A DNA stretch of 64,000 bases from Myxococcota bacterium (GTDB lineage Bacteria; Myxococcota_A; UBA9160; UBA6930), in NCBI GenBank assembly GCA_965223415.1, contig OZ245002.1, forward strand, positions 4,928,001 through 4,992,000. The letters run 5' to 3'. This document shows positions 36,171 to 46,132 of this stretch, piece after piece. Both the position numbers and the translations under genes were made by a program. How positions within the stretch are numbered: the stretch's first letter is position 1; each line of letters starts with the position of its first letter. Under the pieces are notes generated by a model. That model made no database searches. It saw only the letters and a list, made by a program, of their open reading frames with translations, and was not told where the DNA came from.

Positions 36171-37991
36171 GTGAGCTACGAGGTGAACCGCCGCCTGGTG
36201 GCGCCGCGCCCGCCGCTGCCGACGGGCGCCGAGCTGGACCCGGTGACCGCCGGCATCGTCCGCGGCGCCCTGGAGACGACGTGCTACGAGGTGGCGACCC
36301 ACCTCGGGCGCTGCGCGTCGTCGGCCATCATCAATCAGTCGAACGAGCGCAACGGCAGCGTGATCGACGGCCACGGGCGCCTGGCCGCCGTGTCCGTCGG
36401 CATTCCCCAGCTCCTGTTCATCTCTCCGCTCACCGTTCGCTACGGGCTCGAGAACCGGGTGCCGGACGACTGGGGGCCGGGCGACGTCTTCGTCGGCAAC
36501 GACCCGGAGCACGGCGGCGGCCATCTTCCGGACTACAACGTCTACGCCCCCTGTTTCGACGCCGACGGCGAGATCGTCGCCATCCAGGCGCTGCAGGCTC
36601 ACCAGGGCGACACCGGCGGCAAGGACCCGGGTGGCTTCTCGGTGGACGCCACGGAGCTGTACGCCGAGGGCTTGATCGTTCCCTGCGTGAAGCTCGTCCA
36701 CCGCGGCGAGCGTCGGCGGGACATCCTCGAGCTGCTGGTCCGCAACAATCGCATGCCGTCCTTTGCCGGGGACCTGGCGGCGATGATCTCGGCGGTCGAG
36801 CTCGGCGTGGCGCGGATCGGCGAGCTCGTGGACTGGCACGGCGCCGACGGCGTCCGGGCGGCGCTCAACTGGAACATCGCGGAGGCCGAGCGCCGCTTCC
36901 GCGCCGAGGTGGAGCGCTGGCCAGACGGGGTCTACGAAGCCGACGTCTTCATCGACCACGACACGGTCGGCCACCGCGATGTGCGCGTGCACGTGAGCTG
37001 CCGGGTCGAGGGCGATCGCCTCACCGTCGACATGACCGGGAGCGACGAACGCCCGGAGCTGGTCTGTGTCTGGAACACCTTCTCCAACACCCGCGGCTAT
37101 GCCATGGCCCAGCTCGCCTCGATGGTGGATCCGACCATCCCGAAGAACGAGGGGCTCTTCGACGCGGTGGAGATGATCATTCCCGAGGGCTCGATCCTGC
37201 AACCGCCGCCGGGCAAGCCGGTGGCCCTGGGTGCGTTCCATCCGGCGGTGGAGGTGGGCGAGGCCATCTGTGTGGCGCTCTCGAAGATCCTGCCGGAGCG
37301 CTCCTCGCCCCAGGTCTACAAGCTCGGGATGCCGCCGGCGGTGGTGGGCTTCGACGACGATGGCCAGATGTGGATGGACCAGGGCGTCGACGTGCGCGCC
37401 TCGGATGCCTCGGCCGCCCAGGGCGTCGACGGCTGGGGCGCCCTGTGCAGCGGGCTCGGCAACCTCATCTTGGCCACCGCCGAGGAGGCGGAGAGCCGCT
37501 TCCCGGTGCTGAACCTCTCCCGGGAGCTTACGCCGGACACCGGCGGTGCCGGCCGTTGGCGGGGGCAGCCGGGCACCGAGAACGTGAAGCAAGTGCACGA
37601 GCCCTCGAACGCCGCCGCGTGGATGGTGTCCCAGCGCCATCCGCTCCGCGGCCTGTGCGGCGGAGACGACGCCGCGCCCTACCGCAACCGCTTCCTCGTC
37701 GGTACGCCCGACGAGTACGAGATCGAGGGCTCGGTCCAGGCCCAGCTGCCCGCAGACGCGGTGATCGCCTACCAGTACGGAGGGGGCGGAGGCTTCGGCC
37801 CCGCCCTCGAGCGGGATCCCGGTGCGGTGCGGGAGGACGTGCTCGACGAGTACGTGAGCCGCGAGGCGGCCCGGGATCGCTACGGCGTCGTGTTCACCGG
37901 CGAGGTGGAGGACGAGAGCCTGGCCGTCGACGAAGCCGCCACCCGGGCGCTGCGCGAGCGCCTCCGCACCGAGCGGGAGCGGACGGCTTGA
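36171..37991 (+). CDS. Hydantoinase B / oxoprolinase family protein
   Basis: NDPEHGGGHLPD, HQGDTGG, GGAGRWRG, GGGGFG, VREDVLDEYVS. Confidence 0.92.
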   Translation: MSYEVNRRLVAPRPPLPTGAELDPVTAGIVRGALETTCYEVATHLGRCASSAIINQSNERNGSVIDGHGRLAAVSVGIPQLLFISPLTVRYGLENRVPDDWGPGDVFVGNDPEHGGGHLPDYNVYAPCFDADGEIVAIQALQAHQGDTGGKDPGGFSVDATELYAEGLIVPCVKLVHRGERRRDILELLVRNNRMPSFAGDLAAMISAVELGVARIGELVDWHGADGVRAALNWNIAEAERRFRAEVERWPDGVYEADVFIDHDTVGHRDVRVHVSCRVEGDRLTVDMTGSDERPELVCVWNTFSNTRGYAMAQLASMVDPTIPKNEGLFDAVEMIIPEGSILQPPPGKPVALGAFHPAVEVGEAICVALSKILPERSSPQVYKLGMPPAVVGFDDDGQMWMDQGVDVRASDASAAQGVDGWGALCSGLGNLILATAEEAESRFPVLNLSRELTPDTGGAGRWRGQPGTENVKQVHEPSNAAAWMVSQRHPLRGLCGGDDAAPYRNRFLVGTPDEYEIEGSVQAQLPADAVIAYQYGGGGGFGPALERDPGAVREDVLDEYVSREAARDRYGVVFTGEVEDESLAVDEAATRALRERLRTERERTA

Positions 37992-40072
37992 GCTGGCGGC
38001 TCGGCATCGACATCGGCGGCACCTTCACGGACTTCGCGCTGCTGAAGGACGACGGTGTCGTGGTGCTCGACAAGACCCTCTCCACCCCCGACGACCGATC
38101 GCTGGCCGTGATGGAGGGCATCGAAAGCCTCGCCGCACACGAGGGCCTCGAGGTGCGCGGCCTGCTCGCGCGCCTCGATGCGATCGTCCACGGCACGACC
38201 GTCGCCGACAACACCCTGATCGAGATGAACGGCGCCCGCACGGGCCTGCTCACGACCGAGGGCTTTCGCGACGAGCTCGAGCTGCGCCGCGGCTACAAGG
38301 AGGACATCTGGGACGTACGGCTCCCGCCGCCGCCGGCCATCGTGCCGCGCCGCCGCCGCCGCACCGTCCCCGAGCGCATCCGCTTCGACGGGAGCGTGCA
38401 CCGGCCCCTCGACGAGACCGCTGCTCGGGAGGCCATCGAGCGGCTGCGCCGCCAGGGCGTGGAGTCGGTGGCGGTCTGCACCCTCTTCTCCTTCGTGAAC
38501 CCGGTCCACGAGCTGCGCCTGGCCGAGCTACTGGCTGAGGCCTTGCCCGGCATCCCGGTCTCCCTCTCCCACCAGGTCCTTCCCAAGGCGCCGGAGTTCG
38601 AGCGCACCAGCACCACCGTGGTGAACGCCTATGTGGGGCCGCGGGTCACCGGGTACCTGGACCGCCTGAATGAGCGGCTCCGGGAAGCGGGCTACGCCCG
38701 GGAGCTCCTGGTGATGCAGTCGAGCGGTGGCGTCATGACCCGCGCCTACCTTCGCCAGGCGCCGGTGCGGGTGCTGGCCTCGGGCCCCGCCGGCGGTGTG
38801 ATCGGCAGCGCCCGGGCTGGCGTCGCGAAGGGGGAGCCCGACCTCCTGTGCGTCGACATGGGCGGGACCAGCTACGACGTGTCGCTCGTGCGCGGTGGCA
38901 CGGCGCCGGCGGAGACCGGCTGGAACTGGCACCACCGTTACGTGATCGGGCTCCCGATGGTCAACGTCGAGACGCTCGGGGCCGGCGGGGGCTCCCTGTG
39001 CCACGTGCACGAGGGTCGGCTGGTGGTGGGCCCGGAGAGCGCCGGCGCCGACCCGGGCCCGGTCTGCTACGGCCGCGGCGGCGACCGACCCACGGTGACC
39101 GACGCGAACCTCGTGCTGGGCCTTCTCTCGGAGGAGAGCCTCTTCGCCGGCGGCCGATTCGCCCTGACCCGCGACGGAGTCGACGAGGCCTTTCGCCGAC
39201 ACGTGGCCGAGCCCCTGGGCTGCAGCGTCGAGGAGGCGGCCTTCGACGGCTGGCGCGTGGTGAACGCGAACATGACCCAGGCGGTGCGCCGCCTCACCGC
39301 CGAGCGCGGCACGGATCCGCGCGGCCTCACCCTTCTGGCCTACGGCGGCAACGGGCCGCTGTTCGCCGCCGCCCAGGCCCGGGAGCTGGGCATCACGCAG
39401 GTGCTGGTGCCGCGCAGCTCGCCGGCGTTCTCGGCACTCGGCGCCCTGGCCGCGCGGCCGGGGCTCGACGAGGAACGGTCCTTCCTCGTCCCCGCCGGCC
39501 AGGCGGATCCCGCACGCCTGCGCACGCTCTGGGAGGAGCTCCACGTCGAGGCCCTCCGCCAGCTCGAGGCCGCCGGCTTCGGCCCGGACGCCTGCCTCTC
39601 GCGCCTGCAGCTGAACCTCCGCTATCCGGGGCAGAACTGGTCGCTCACCGTCGACGCCCACGAGGCCCAGGGCCCGGTCGATTGGCGCTTCGCGGACGAG
39701 GGCCTCCTGCCCGAGACGATCGAGCGCTTCCATCGCCGGCACGAAGCGGAGTACGGCCATCGCCGTGCGGCGGAGGAGCCGGAGATCACGGGCGTGCGGT
39801 TGCTCACCAGCGCGCCGGTTCGAGAGCCTCCCTTCGCCGGGGGCTTCGAGGCGGCGCTCCGGGACGCAAAGCCCGCCGGGCGACGCCGCGCCCATCTCGG
39901 CCGCGGCTTCGAGGACACCGACGTCTTCCATGGGCCCGATCTCCGCCCCGGAGATCGCATTGCGGGCCCCGCGCTGGTCGAGGAGAGCTTCACGACGGTG
40001 GCGATCCCTCCGGGCTGGCAGGTACGGGTCGACGACGCCGGAGATCTGCAGCTCTCCGCCGTGCCGTCCTAG
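37988..40072 (+). CDS. Hydantoinase A / oxoprolinase family protein
   Basis: GIDIGGTFTD, HGTTVADN, SGPAGG, DMGGTS, GPESAGADPGPVCYGRGG, TTG start overlapping the upstream stop. Confidence 0.92.
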   Translation: MSWRLGIDIGGTFTDFALLKDDGVVVLDKTLSTPDDRSLAVMEGIESLAAHEGLEVRGLLARLDAIVHGTTVADNTLIEMNGARTGLLTTEGFRDELELRRGYKEDIWDVRLPPPPAIVPRRRRRTVPERIRFDGSVHRPLDETAAREAIERLRRQGVESVAVCTLFSFVNPVHELRLAELLAEALPGIPVSLSHQVLPKAPEFERTSTTVVNAYVGPRVTGYLDRLNERLREAGYARELLVMQSSGGVMTRAYLRQAPVRVLASGPAGGVIGSARAGVAKGEPDLLCVDMGGTSYDVSLVRGGTAPAETGWNWHHRYVIGLPMVNVETLGAGGGSLCHVHEGRLVVGPESAGADPGPVCYGRGGDRPTVTDANLVLGLLSEESLFAGGRFALTRDGVDEAFRRHVAEPLGCSVEEAAFDGWRVVNANMTQAVRRLTAERGTDPRGLTLLAYGGNGPLFAAAQARELGITQVLVPRSSPAFSALGALAARPGLDEERSFLVPAGQADPARLRTLWEELHVEALRQLEAAGFGPDACLSRLQLNLRYPGQNWSLTVDAHEAQGPVDWRFADEGLLPETIERFHRRHEAEYGHRRAAEEPEITGVRLLTSAPVREPPFAGGFEAALRDAKPAGRRRAHLGRGFEDTDVFHGPDLRPGDRIAGPALVEESFTTVAIPPGWQVRVDDAGDLQLSAVPS

Positions 40073-40233
40073 TGGACTAGACTCGCCGCCAACCGGGACG
40101 CGAGGGGCACCGCCGCCGCCGTTCGACCTCGAGCGACTTCGAGAGAAGGCTGGGAATCGCTCGAAAAAGAGAGGAAAAGTGGCTGCGGCCGCGCTGCCGC
40201 CACAATAGGGCCGGCACCGGCCCGGGGGGATCG

Positions 40234-41688
40234 ATGGGCGACGAGCAACGAGCGGGTGTGCAGTTCCGGGGCGGGCGCGGCGGTGCCGCCCTCCTCTACC
40301 GCCAGCTGCGCGGCCAGGCCGAGCGGGATCCCGCCGCCTACGCCGGCGCGCTTCCCGAGGAGCTGCGGCCGTTCCGGCGCGGCTATGGCGAAGCGTTGGT
40401 TCGCTTCGAGGCGGCCCGCGCTGCTCACCCGCAGCGCGGCCAGCACGCGGTCGCGCTGGCGGCGGCGACCGCCGCGGACATGGCGTTCGTGGACGATGCG
40501 GGCGAGCGCCCGCTGGCCGAGGCGCTTGCGGGGGCGAGCCCGCTCGTGCTCGAGCACCGGCGCTTTGCCGGAGCGGGCGGCCTGGCCCCCGCGCTTCCGG
40601 AGCCCGTGCCCGCAGAGGGGCCCGGCTCCTTCGACGCGGCGACGGGGAGACTCCTCGCGGACGGTCGGCTCACCGCCGCCGCCGCCCGGGCACTCGGCTG
40701 GATCTGCGAGCGGGCCCGCCGCGAGGGCGGAGAGATCGACCTGCGCGGCACGTCGTTCGCCATCCTCGGTGCCGCCGCCGAGCTGGCTCCCACCCTGCTC
40801 CTGCTGGAAGCCGGTGCCCGGGTGCTGTGGATCGATCGCGTTCCGCCGCCGGAAGGGCTCGAGAAGCAGAGCGAGCTGTCCGGCGAGCTGTGGTGGGCGC
40901 CGGAAGGCGCCGACCTCCTGGCGCGGCCCGGGGAGATCGCCGCCACCCTCGAGGCCTTCGCCGGCACCGGGCCCCTGCACCTCGGGCTGTACGCCTACGC
41001 GCCCGGCGCCGCCCGCGAGTGGCGCCTGACCCACGCCATGAACGCGATTGCCCGGGCGGTCGCCTCCCGGCTCGCATCGGTCTCGCTGCTCGTCTCGCCC
41101 ACCACACCCGTGGTGCTGGAGCCCGAGGATCGGGAGGCTTCGACGCGGCGGCGCGAGAGGCGGCCGGCCTGGCAGGCCGCCCTCGACCGCCTGGCGCGCT
41201 TCCCGGCCGGTGCGGTGGAGCACGGCCCGGCGGCGGTCGCCCGTTCGATCGTCTCGATCCAGGGCGCCTCCTACCAGGCGGCCCAGTACCTGGGCAAGCG
41301 CATCACCGCCGAGGCCTGGCTCGCGGAGGGGATCGAAGGCCAGCGGGTCACGGTCTCGGCCAACGTCGCCCCGATCAGCCGCACCCGCTCCCTCTCCCAT
41401 CCGGTGTTCGAGGCGGCCTTCGGTGGCGCCCGGGCCTTCGGCGTGGAGACCTACCCCCCGCCCTTCACCCGCTCGCTGATGGGCTGGCTGATGCTCCACG
41501 ACCTCCTGAACCCCGAAGCCCCCGGCGCCGCCGCTCCCGTCGCCGAGCGCGCCCCCCTGGCGGGGGCCCAGCAGGTCCACGGTGGCCTCCTCAGCCTGCC
41601 CTACGCGCTGGATCCCGCCCTTCGCTTCGCCGCGATCATCGGCTTCGCCCGCCGTCCCGGACTGGCCATGCGCCTCCTGCGCCGCTGA
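40234..41688 (+). CDS. Hypothetical protein with Rossmann-like segment
   Basis: Long ORF with typical codon bias, FAILGAAAELAP segment, QGASYQAAQY. Confidence 0.75.
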   Translation: MGDEQRAGVQFRGGRGGAALLYRQLRGQAERDPAAYAGALPEELRPFRRGYGEALVRFEAARAAHPQRGQHAVALAAATAADMAFVDDAGERPLAEALAGASPLVLEHRRFAGAGGLAPALPEPVPAEGPGSFDAATGRLLADGRLTAAAARALGWICERARREGGEIDLRGTSFAILGAAAELAPTLLLLEAGARVLWIDRVPPPEGLEKQSELSGELWWAPEGADLLARPGEIAATLEAFAGTGPLHLGLYAYAPGAAREWRLTHAMNAIARAVASRLASVSLLVSPTTPVVLEPEDREASTRRRERRPAWQAALDRLARFPAGAVEHGPAAVARSIVSIQGASYQAAQYLGKRITAEAWLAEGIEGQRVTVSANVAPISRTRSLSHPVFEAAFGGARAFGVETYPPPFTRSLMGWLMLHDLLNPEAPGAAAPVAERAPLAGAQQVHGGLLSLPYALDPALRFAAIIGFARRPGLAMRLLRR

Positions 41689-41725
41689 GTCCGGTATCCT
41701 GCCCACCCCGCGACAAGGAGACGCC

Positions 41726-42184
41726 ATGATCCTCGGAGTCCACCACCCCGCCCTCGCCGTCCCGGACATCGAAGCCGCCCTTCGCTTCTACTGCGATGTG
41801 GTGGGCTTCCAGGTGGTGATGGACGCCGAGATCCCCTCCGGCATCCCGCCCATGGACCAGGCCTTCGGCGTGGACGACGCCGGCTGCAAGGTACGCATGA
41901 TCCGCAAGGGCAACTCCTGCATCGAGCTCTTCGAGTTCAACACGCCGGAGGGGGGCGATACCAAGCGGCCCGTGAACCGGGCCGGGATCACTCACATCTG
42001 CCTCGCCACGGACGACTACGCTGCTGACTACGACCACCTCGCGGGCCACGGCGTCGTCTTCAACACGCCGGCGATGGGCGAGCCGGGCACGCGCTGGGCC
42101 TATGGTCGGGATCCGTTCGGAAACGTCCTGGAGCTGCTGGAGCACGCGCCGGAGGGTCCCACCTCCCTCCGCTTCGACGAATAG
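41726..42184 (+). CDS. VOC/glyoxalase family protein
   Basis: HHPALAVPD, IELFEF, GITHICL, RDPFGNVLEL, AAGGAG RBS. Confidence 0.92.
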   Translation: MILGVHHPALAVPDIEAALRFYCDVVGFQVVMDAEIPSGIPPMDQAFGVDDAGCKVRMIRKGNSCIELFEFNTPEGGDTKRPVNRAGITHICLATDDYAADYDHLAGHGVVFNTPAMGEPGTRWAYGRDPFGNVLELLEHAPEGPTSLRFDE

Positions 42185-42226
42185 GCTGGGCCGAATCCTC
42201 GCCGGCGCACCGGCATCCCCCCCACG

Positions 42227-42856
42227 ATGTCCCGTCCCCTCTCCCTCGCCCTGCTCCTGCTCGCGATCGGGGCGGCCCTCTCGGCCGCTGCCCGCCCGCG
42301 CTCCGGCGCCGTGATCGCGCGCCCGGCCCCGGCCATCGCTTCGGAGGTGTGGCTCAACAGCGAGCCGCTGTCCGCCGAAGACCTGCGCGGCAAGGTGGTG
42401 CTCGTCGAGTTCTGGACCTTCGGCTGCTGGAACTGCCACAACGTCGAGCCGTACGTGAAGGCCTGGCACGAGCGCTATGCCGGCGACGGCCTGGTCATCA
42501 TCGCGGTCCACACGCCCGAGTTCGAGAGCGAGAAGCGCGTCGAGCGCGTGCGCGACTACCTCGCGAAGAAGGGCATCCGCTACGCGGTCCCGATCGACAA
42601 CGACCATGCGATCTGGAAATCGTTCGGCAACCGCTACTGGCCCGCCTTCTACCTGATCGACAGGCGGGGCCAGATCCGCCACGTGCGGGTCGGCGAGGGC
42701 GGCCATGCCGCGACGGAAAGCGCGATCCAGCGGCTTCTCGCCGAGCCCGCCGGCGGCCCCTCGGATCCGGAGCCTCGTGGACCGCGGCCCGGTCGTTCTC
42801 CCGGTGGGGCGTCTGCGGTCTTCCCCGGTGAGGCGGAACTCCGGGCGGGCTCCTAG
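42227..42856 (+). CDS. Redoxin / DipZ-like thioredoxin domain protein
   Basis: Signal peptide, LRGKVVLVEFWTFGCWNC, HTPEF, NRYWP. Confidence 0.9.
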   Translation: MSRPLSLALLLLAIGAALSAAARPRSGAVIARPAPAIASEVWLNSEPLSAEDLRGKVVLVEFWTFGCWNCHNVEPYVKAWHERYAGDGLVIIAVHTPEFESEKRVERVRDYLAKKGIRYAVPIDNDHAIWKSFGNRYWPAFYLIDRRGQIRHVRVGEGGHAATESAIQRLLAEPAGGPSDPEPRGPRPGRSPGGASAVFPGEAELRAGS

Positions 42857-42919
42857 GAGGTCGCCACCCGTTCGCGCTGCAGGGCTCGCACTTCGCCCAG
42901 GAAGGGGCCCAACCCCGTG

Positions 42920-44284
42920 TCAGCGGGAGATGTGCTTCTCCAGCAGCGTGTGGAAGTGGCGGATCTTGGTCTCCTGGTAGAGGCCGTAGACCGCTTCCTC
43001 GTGCTGCGCCGCGCGCAGGCCCGCCTGCACCTGGCCCAGGTTGAAGACGTCTTGGTTGAACACCTTGGTCAGGAAGCCCAGCTCCGGCGCCTTCGTCCAG
43101 TCCTCGTCGTCGCCGAGCCAGTGCACCGGCGCCGGCGGCGGACGCCGCCCCCGGAAGGGGGAGAGGTAGATCACCTCCATGATGCAGTGGTGCGGATCGT
43201 TGCCGTGGGGCCGGAAGCGGTAGACGATGCGGTTGTAGGCGCCCCAGGGATGGAAGTTGGGGAAGACCGTGTAGTAGATGGAGTCGGCCAGCTCCGCATC
43301 CGACACCTCGCTCACGCTCGGCACGGCGCCCTGCAGGCCCATGCGTGACATCTGGGCCAGCATCTGCCGGGCCGTCATGCCCTCGGGCACGGCCATCACG
43401 GGCGGACCGTCGATGTCCCGCGTCATCATCGAGTCGAGCATGTCCTGCTCGGTCGGCTCGCTTTCCATGTGCGGGCTCGGTGTCATCTGGGGCGTGAGCG
43501 CGCGGCTGAAGGTGTCCCAGGCGTCGTACTGGGAGTTCGCGTCGCCGATGCCCGGCAGCAGCTGGGGGTGGGTGCCCACCACGTGGTAGGCCTCCATGAA
43601 GGCCTCCTGGGCCACCTTCCAGTTGCAGGGCAGCACCTTGGCGACGTGGGCCTCCTTGTAGCGCTCTTCGAGGGGCCAGGGCACGAAGTGCTCGGGCAAC
43701 TCGCCCAGGTGGTCTTCGAGGGGGCCGGCGTCCGGGTCCGGATTGATGAACACGAAGCCGCCCCAGGTGCCGACCTGGAGCTCCGGAAGCGAGTACTCGC
43801 CGCGTTCGACGTGGGGGAAGTCCCAGCGGCAGGGGATCTTCTTCAACGAGCCATCGAGGTTCCAGCTCCAGCGGTGGAAGGGGCAGCGCAGCTCGTCGGC
43901 CCGGCCGTCCTCGTCCCGGAGCCTTCGGCCCCGGTGGAGGCAGACGTTGTGGAAGGCCTTGATCTCGCTCTCGCTGGCCCGCACGACGAGGACCGAGAGA
44001 TCGGCGACGTCGTAGACGACGTGATCGCCGATCTTCACGAGCTCCTCTTCCCGGCAGGCGAACTGCCAGACCCTCTTCCACACCTTCTCGACCTCGAGGT
44101 CGTGGAAGGCCTGGCTCGTGTAGCGCTCGATGGGAACGCGCACGACCGGGAGCTCCCGGGCCGATTGGCGCCGGAGCACCTCCGGAACCGAACGCGTGTC
44201 CTCGTCGAGGAGCTCCTGGTAGCTCTGGCCCTTCGAACGGGCGCCCTGCCTGGGATCGGCGGGTGCGAGGGGTTCCACGGCCAT
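42920..44284 (-). CDS. Rieske aromatic ring-hydroxylating oxygenase alpha subunit
   Basis: CLHRG..CPFH Rieske motif, NWK..EAYHVVGTH, QD. Confidence 0.92.
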   Translation of the reverse strand: MAVEPLAPADPRQGARSKGQSYQELLDEDTRSVPEVLRRQSARELPVVRVPIERYTSQAFHDLEVEKVWKRVWQFACREEELVKIGDHVVYDVADLSVLVVRASESEIKAFHNVCLHRGRRLRDEDGRADELRCPFHRWSWNLDGSLKKIPCRWDFPHVERGEYSLPELQVGTWGGFVFINPDPDAGPLEDHLGELPEHFVPWPLEERYKEAHVAKVLPCNWKVAQEAFMEAYHVVGTHPQLLPGIGDANSQYDAWDTFSRALTPQMTPSPHMESEPTEQDMLDSMMTRDIDGPPVMAVPEGMTARQMLAQMSRMGLQGAVPSVSEVSDAELADSIYYTVFPNFHPWGAYNRIVYRFRPHGNDPHHCIMEVIYLSPFRGRRPPPAPVHWLGDDEDWTKAPELGFLTKVFNQDVFNLGQVQAGLRAAQHEEAVYGLYQETKIRHFHTLLEKHISR

Positions 44285-44305
44285 CGGGGGTCCTCCGCGC
44301 GCCGA

Positions 44306-45358
44306 TCAGAAGGCGGCGCGCTTGGTGAAGCCGCCGTCCACGACCAGGTTCGCACCGGTGACGAGGCTCGCAGCCGGGCTCGCCAGGAAGACGACGGCGC
44401 GTGCGACTTCCTCGGGCGTGCCCATGCGGCCGATGGCGCACTGGGCGAGGGCGCCCTCGTACATCGCCGGCATCGCCTGCTTGATCATCTCCCAGTTGCC
44501 GCCCTCGAAGTAGATCGGTCCGGGGGACACCACGTTCACGCGCACCCCCTGCTTGGCCAGGGCCTGGGAGAGGTCCGAAGCGTGGGTAATCAGCGCGGCC
44601 TTCATGGCGTTGTAGGGCTGCGGCACGCCCAGGAACTCCAGGGCGGCGGTGCTGCTGATGAAGATGATGCTGGCGGCCTCGCTCTGGCCCAGGTGCGGCA
44701 TGGCCGCCTCGACGCCGCGGGCGGCGCCCATCACGTCGATGTCGAAGGTGGCCTGCCAGGCGTCCTCGCCCATGCCGCCGCCGGCGGAGGCATTGCTGAC
44801 GAAGACGTCGAGGCCGCCCAGGGCGTCCGCCGCCTCGCCGACGAAGGCCTTGACCGCGTCGCCGTCGGCCACGTCGACCGACTTCGTGAACACCTTGGCG
44901 CCGCGCGCCTCCAGATCCTTGCGCGCCGTCTCGAGGCCGGCTTCCGCCCGTGCGCAGATCGCCACGTCTGCGCCCTCGTCGGCCAGGGTCTGCGCGATCG
45001 CCAGGCCGATGCCCCGGCTGGCGGCGGTGACCAGTGCCTTGCGTCCGTTGAGTCCGAGATCCATGCCCTTGCTCCTTCGCGTGGGATCCGAGTCGAGCTC
45101 TGCGCGACTCGCGAGTTCGGGGACGGCGACGCCGCCCGTCTGGCGCGGGGGCCGGGGCCCGCCCATGCCGCTTCGCGGCTCCGGGGCGGGCCCGCCGATC
45201 CACCCCAGCAGGTGGGGATCGGCGTCCTTCAGCTCTCCGGAGCGGTGGTGGCCCTTTGCATCGAAGACCCCGGACAGGCCGTCGGGGCGCTCGACGCGGA
45301 TCAGCCCGTCGTCCTGCAGGTGGTAGGTGGCGCCAGTGAGCGGGTGGCGGAGCTTCAT
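44306..45358 (-). CDS. SDR oxidoreductase (domain from Met at 45064) with in-frame ~98-aa N-terminal extension
   Basis: TAASRGIG, SSTA, YNAMK, VSPGPI, VDGG. Upstream in-frame MKLRHPLTGATY.. segment has no stop. Confidence 0.8.
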   Translation of the reverse strand: MKLRHPLTGATYHLQDDGLIRVERPDGLSGVFDAKGHHRSGELKDADPHLLGWIGGPAPEPRSGMGGPRPPRQTGGVAVPELASRAELDSDPTRRSKGMDLGLNGRKALVTAASRGIGLAIAQTLADEGADVAICARAEAGLETARKDLEARGAKVFTKSVDVADGDAVKAFVGEAADALGGLDVFVSNASAGGGMGEDAWQATFDIDVMGAARGVEAAMPHLGQSEAASIIFISSTAALEFLGVPQPYNAMKAALITHASDLSQALAKQGVRVNVVSPGPIYFEGGNWEMIKQAMPAMYEGALAQCAIGRMGTPEEVARAVVFLASPAASLVTGANLVVDGGFTKRAAF

Positions 45359-46056
45359 CGCCGGGCTCCGGAGGCGCGCCGGCCGCGCGGCTGCGGGCCA
45401 GCGAGACGCGCCTGGGCCTTGCGGGCCGCGGCCTCGAGAGTCGCCCGCGCCTTGCCGCGAACCAGGCCGAGCAGGGCCAGCGAGGTCTCGAGGCGCGCGA
45501 CCGCGTGGAACGCATCGTCGTCGAGCTCGCCGGACGCCCACTGTAGGGAGGCCATCCCCAGGTGCGCCGCGATCCGCAGGCGCAGGACGTCGGAATCGGC
45601 CCAGCTGGCGAGCAGGCCCTCGCTCTCCATGGCCGTCAGCGCCTTGCCGAGCTCGCGGCTCAGGGCGGCACCCACCTCGCGCTGGACTTCCGCTGCGCCC
45701 TCGGCGGTGAAGATCCAGGCGAGGAGCGGCCGATAGTAGGCGGGACGGCGGAGCAGCTCGCCGGTGCAGGAATCGGCCACCGAGAGCACCCGTTCGACCG
45801 GCGCAGCCTCCGGTGCGGCGGCAATGCCCGCGACGAACCGCGCCGTCTGCTCACGGACGGCCTCGAGCAGGACCCGGTCGCGACCGCCGACCAGGTTGTA
45901 GACGGTCGGCACGGTCACCCGGCTGGCCCGGGCCAGCTCGCGCATGGTGAGGGCCTCGATGCCCCTCGCGGCGATCAGGTCGCGTGCGGCGGCGAGGATG
46001 CGCTCGCGCCGCTCGGCCATGCGCCCCCGCCGGACGGGCTGCTCCAGGGACTCCAC
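45355..46056 (-). CDS. TetR/AcrR family transcriptional regulator (start uncertain)
   Basis: RERILAAARDLIAARGIEALTMRELARASRVTVPTVYNLVG helix-turn-helix. Confidence 0.9.
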   Translation of the reverse strand: MESLEQPVRRGRMAERRERILAAARDLIAARGIEALTMRELARASRVTVPTVYNLVGGRDRVLLEAVREQTARFVAGIAAAPEAAPVERVLSVADSCTGELLRRPAYYRPLLAWIFTAEGAAEVQREVGAALSRELGKALTAMESEGLLASWADSDVLRLRIAAHLGMASLQWASGELDDDAFHAVARLETSLALLGLVRGKARATLEAAARKAQARLAGPQPRGRRASGARR

Positions 46057-46132
46057 GAGCCGGACTTTAACACGTTCAATTGGCTCGGAACACGGCTGGC
46101 GCGACCCGGCGCGACCGGTACCGTGCGCCCTC

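Noticed and set aside
36281..37987. 1263-aa hydantoinase fusion ORF
   Set aside because: The first ~570 codons are an off-frame overlap of the hydantoinase B gene. The real A subunit starts at TTG 37988.
40069..40230. CTAG pair and TCGAGCGA/TCGCTCGA hairpin as an IS remnant
   Set aside because: Too short, with no second end or transposase trace. It could be an ordinary terminator or promoter region.
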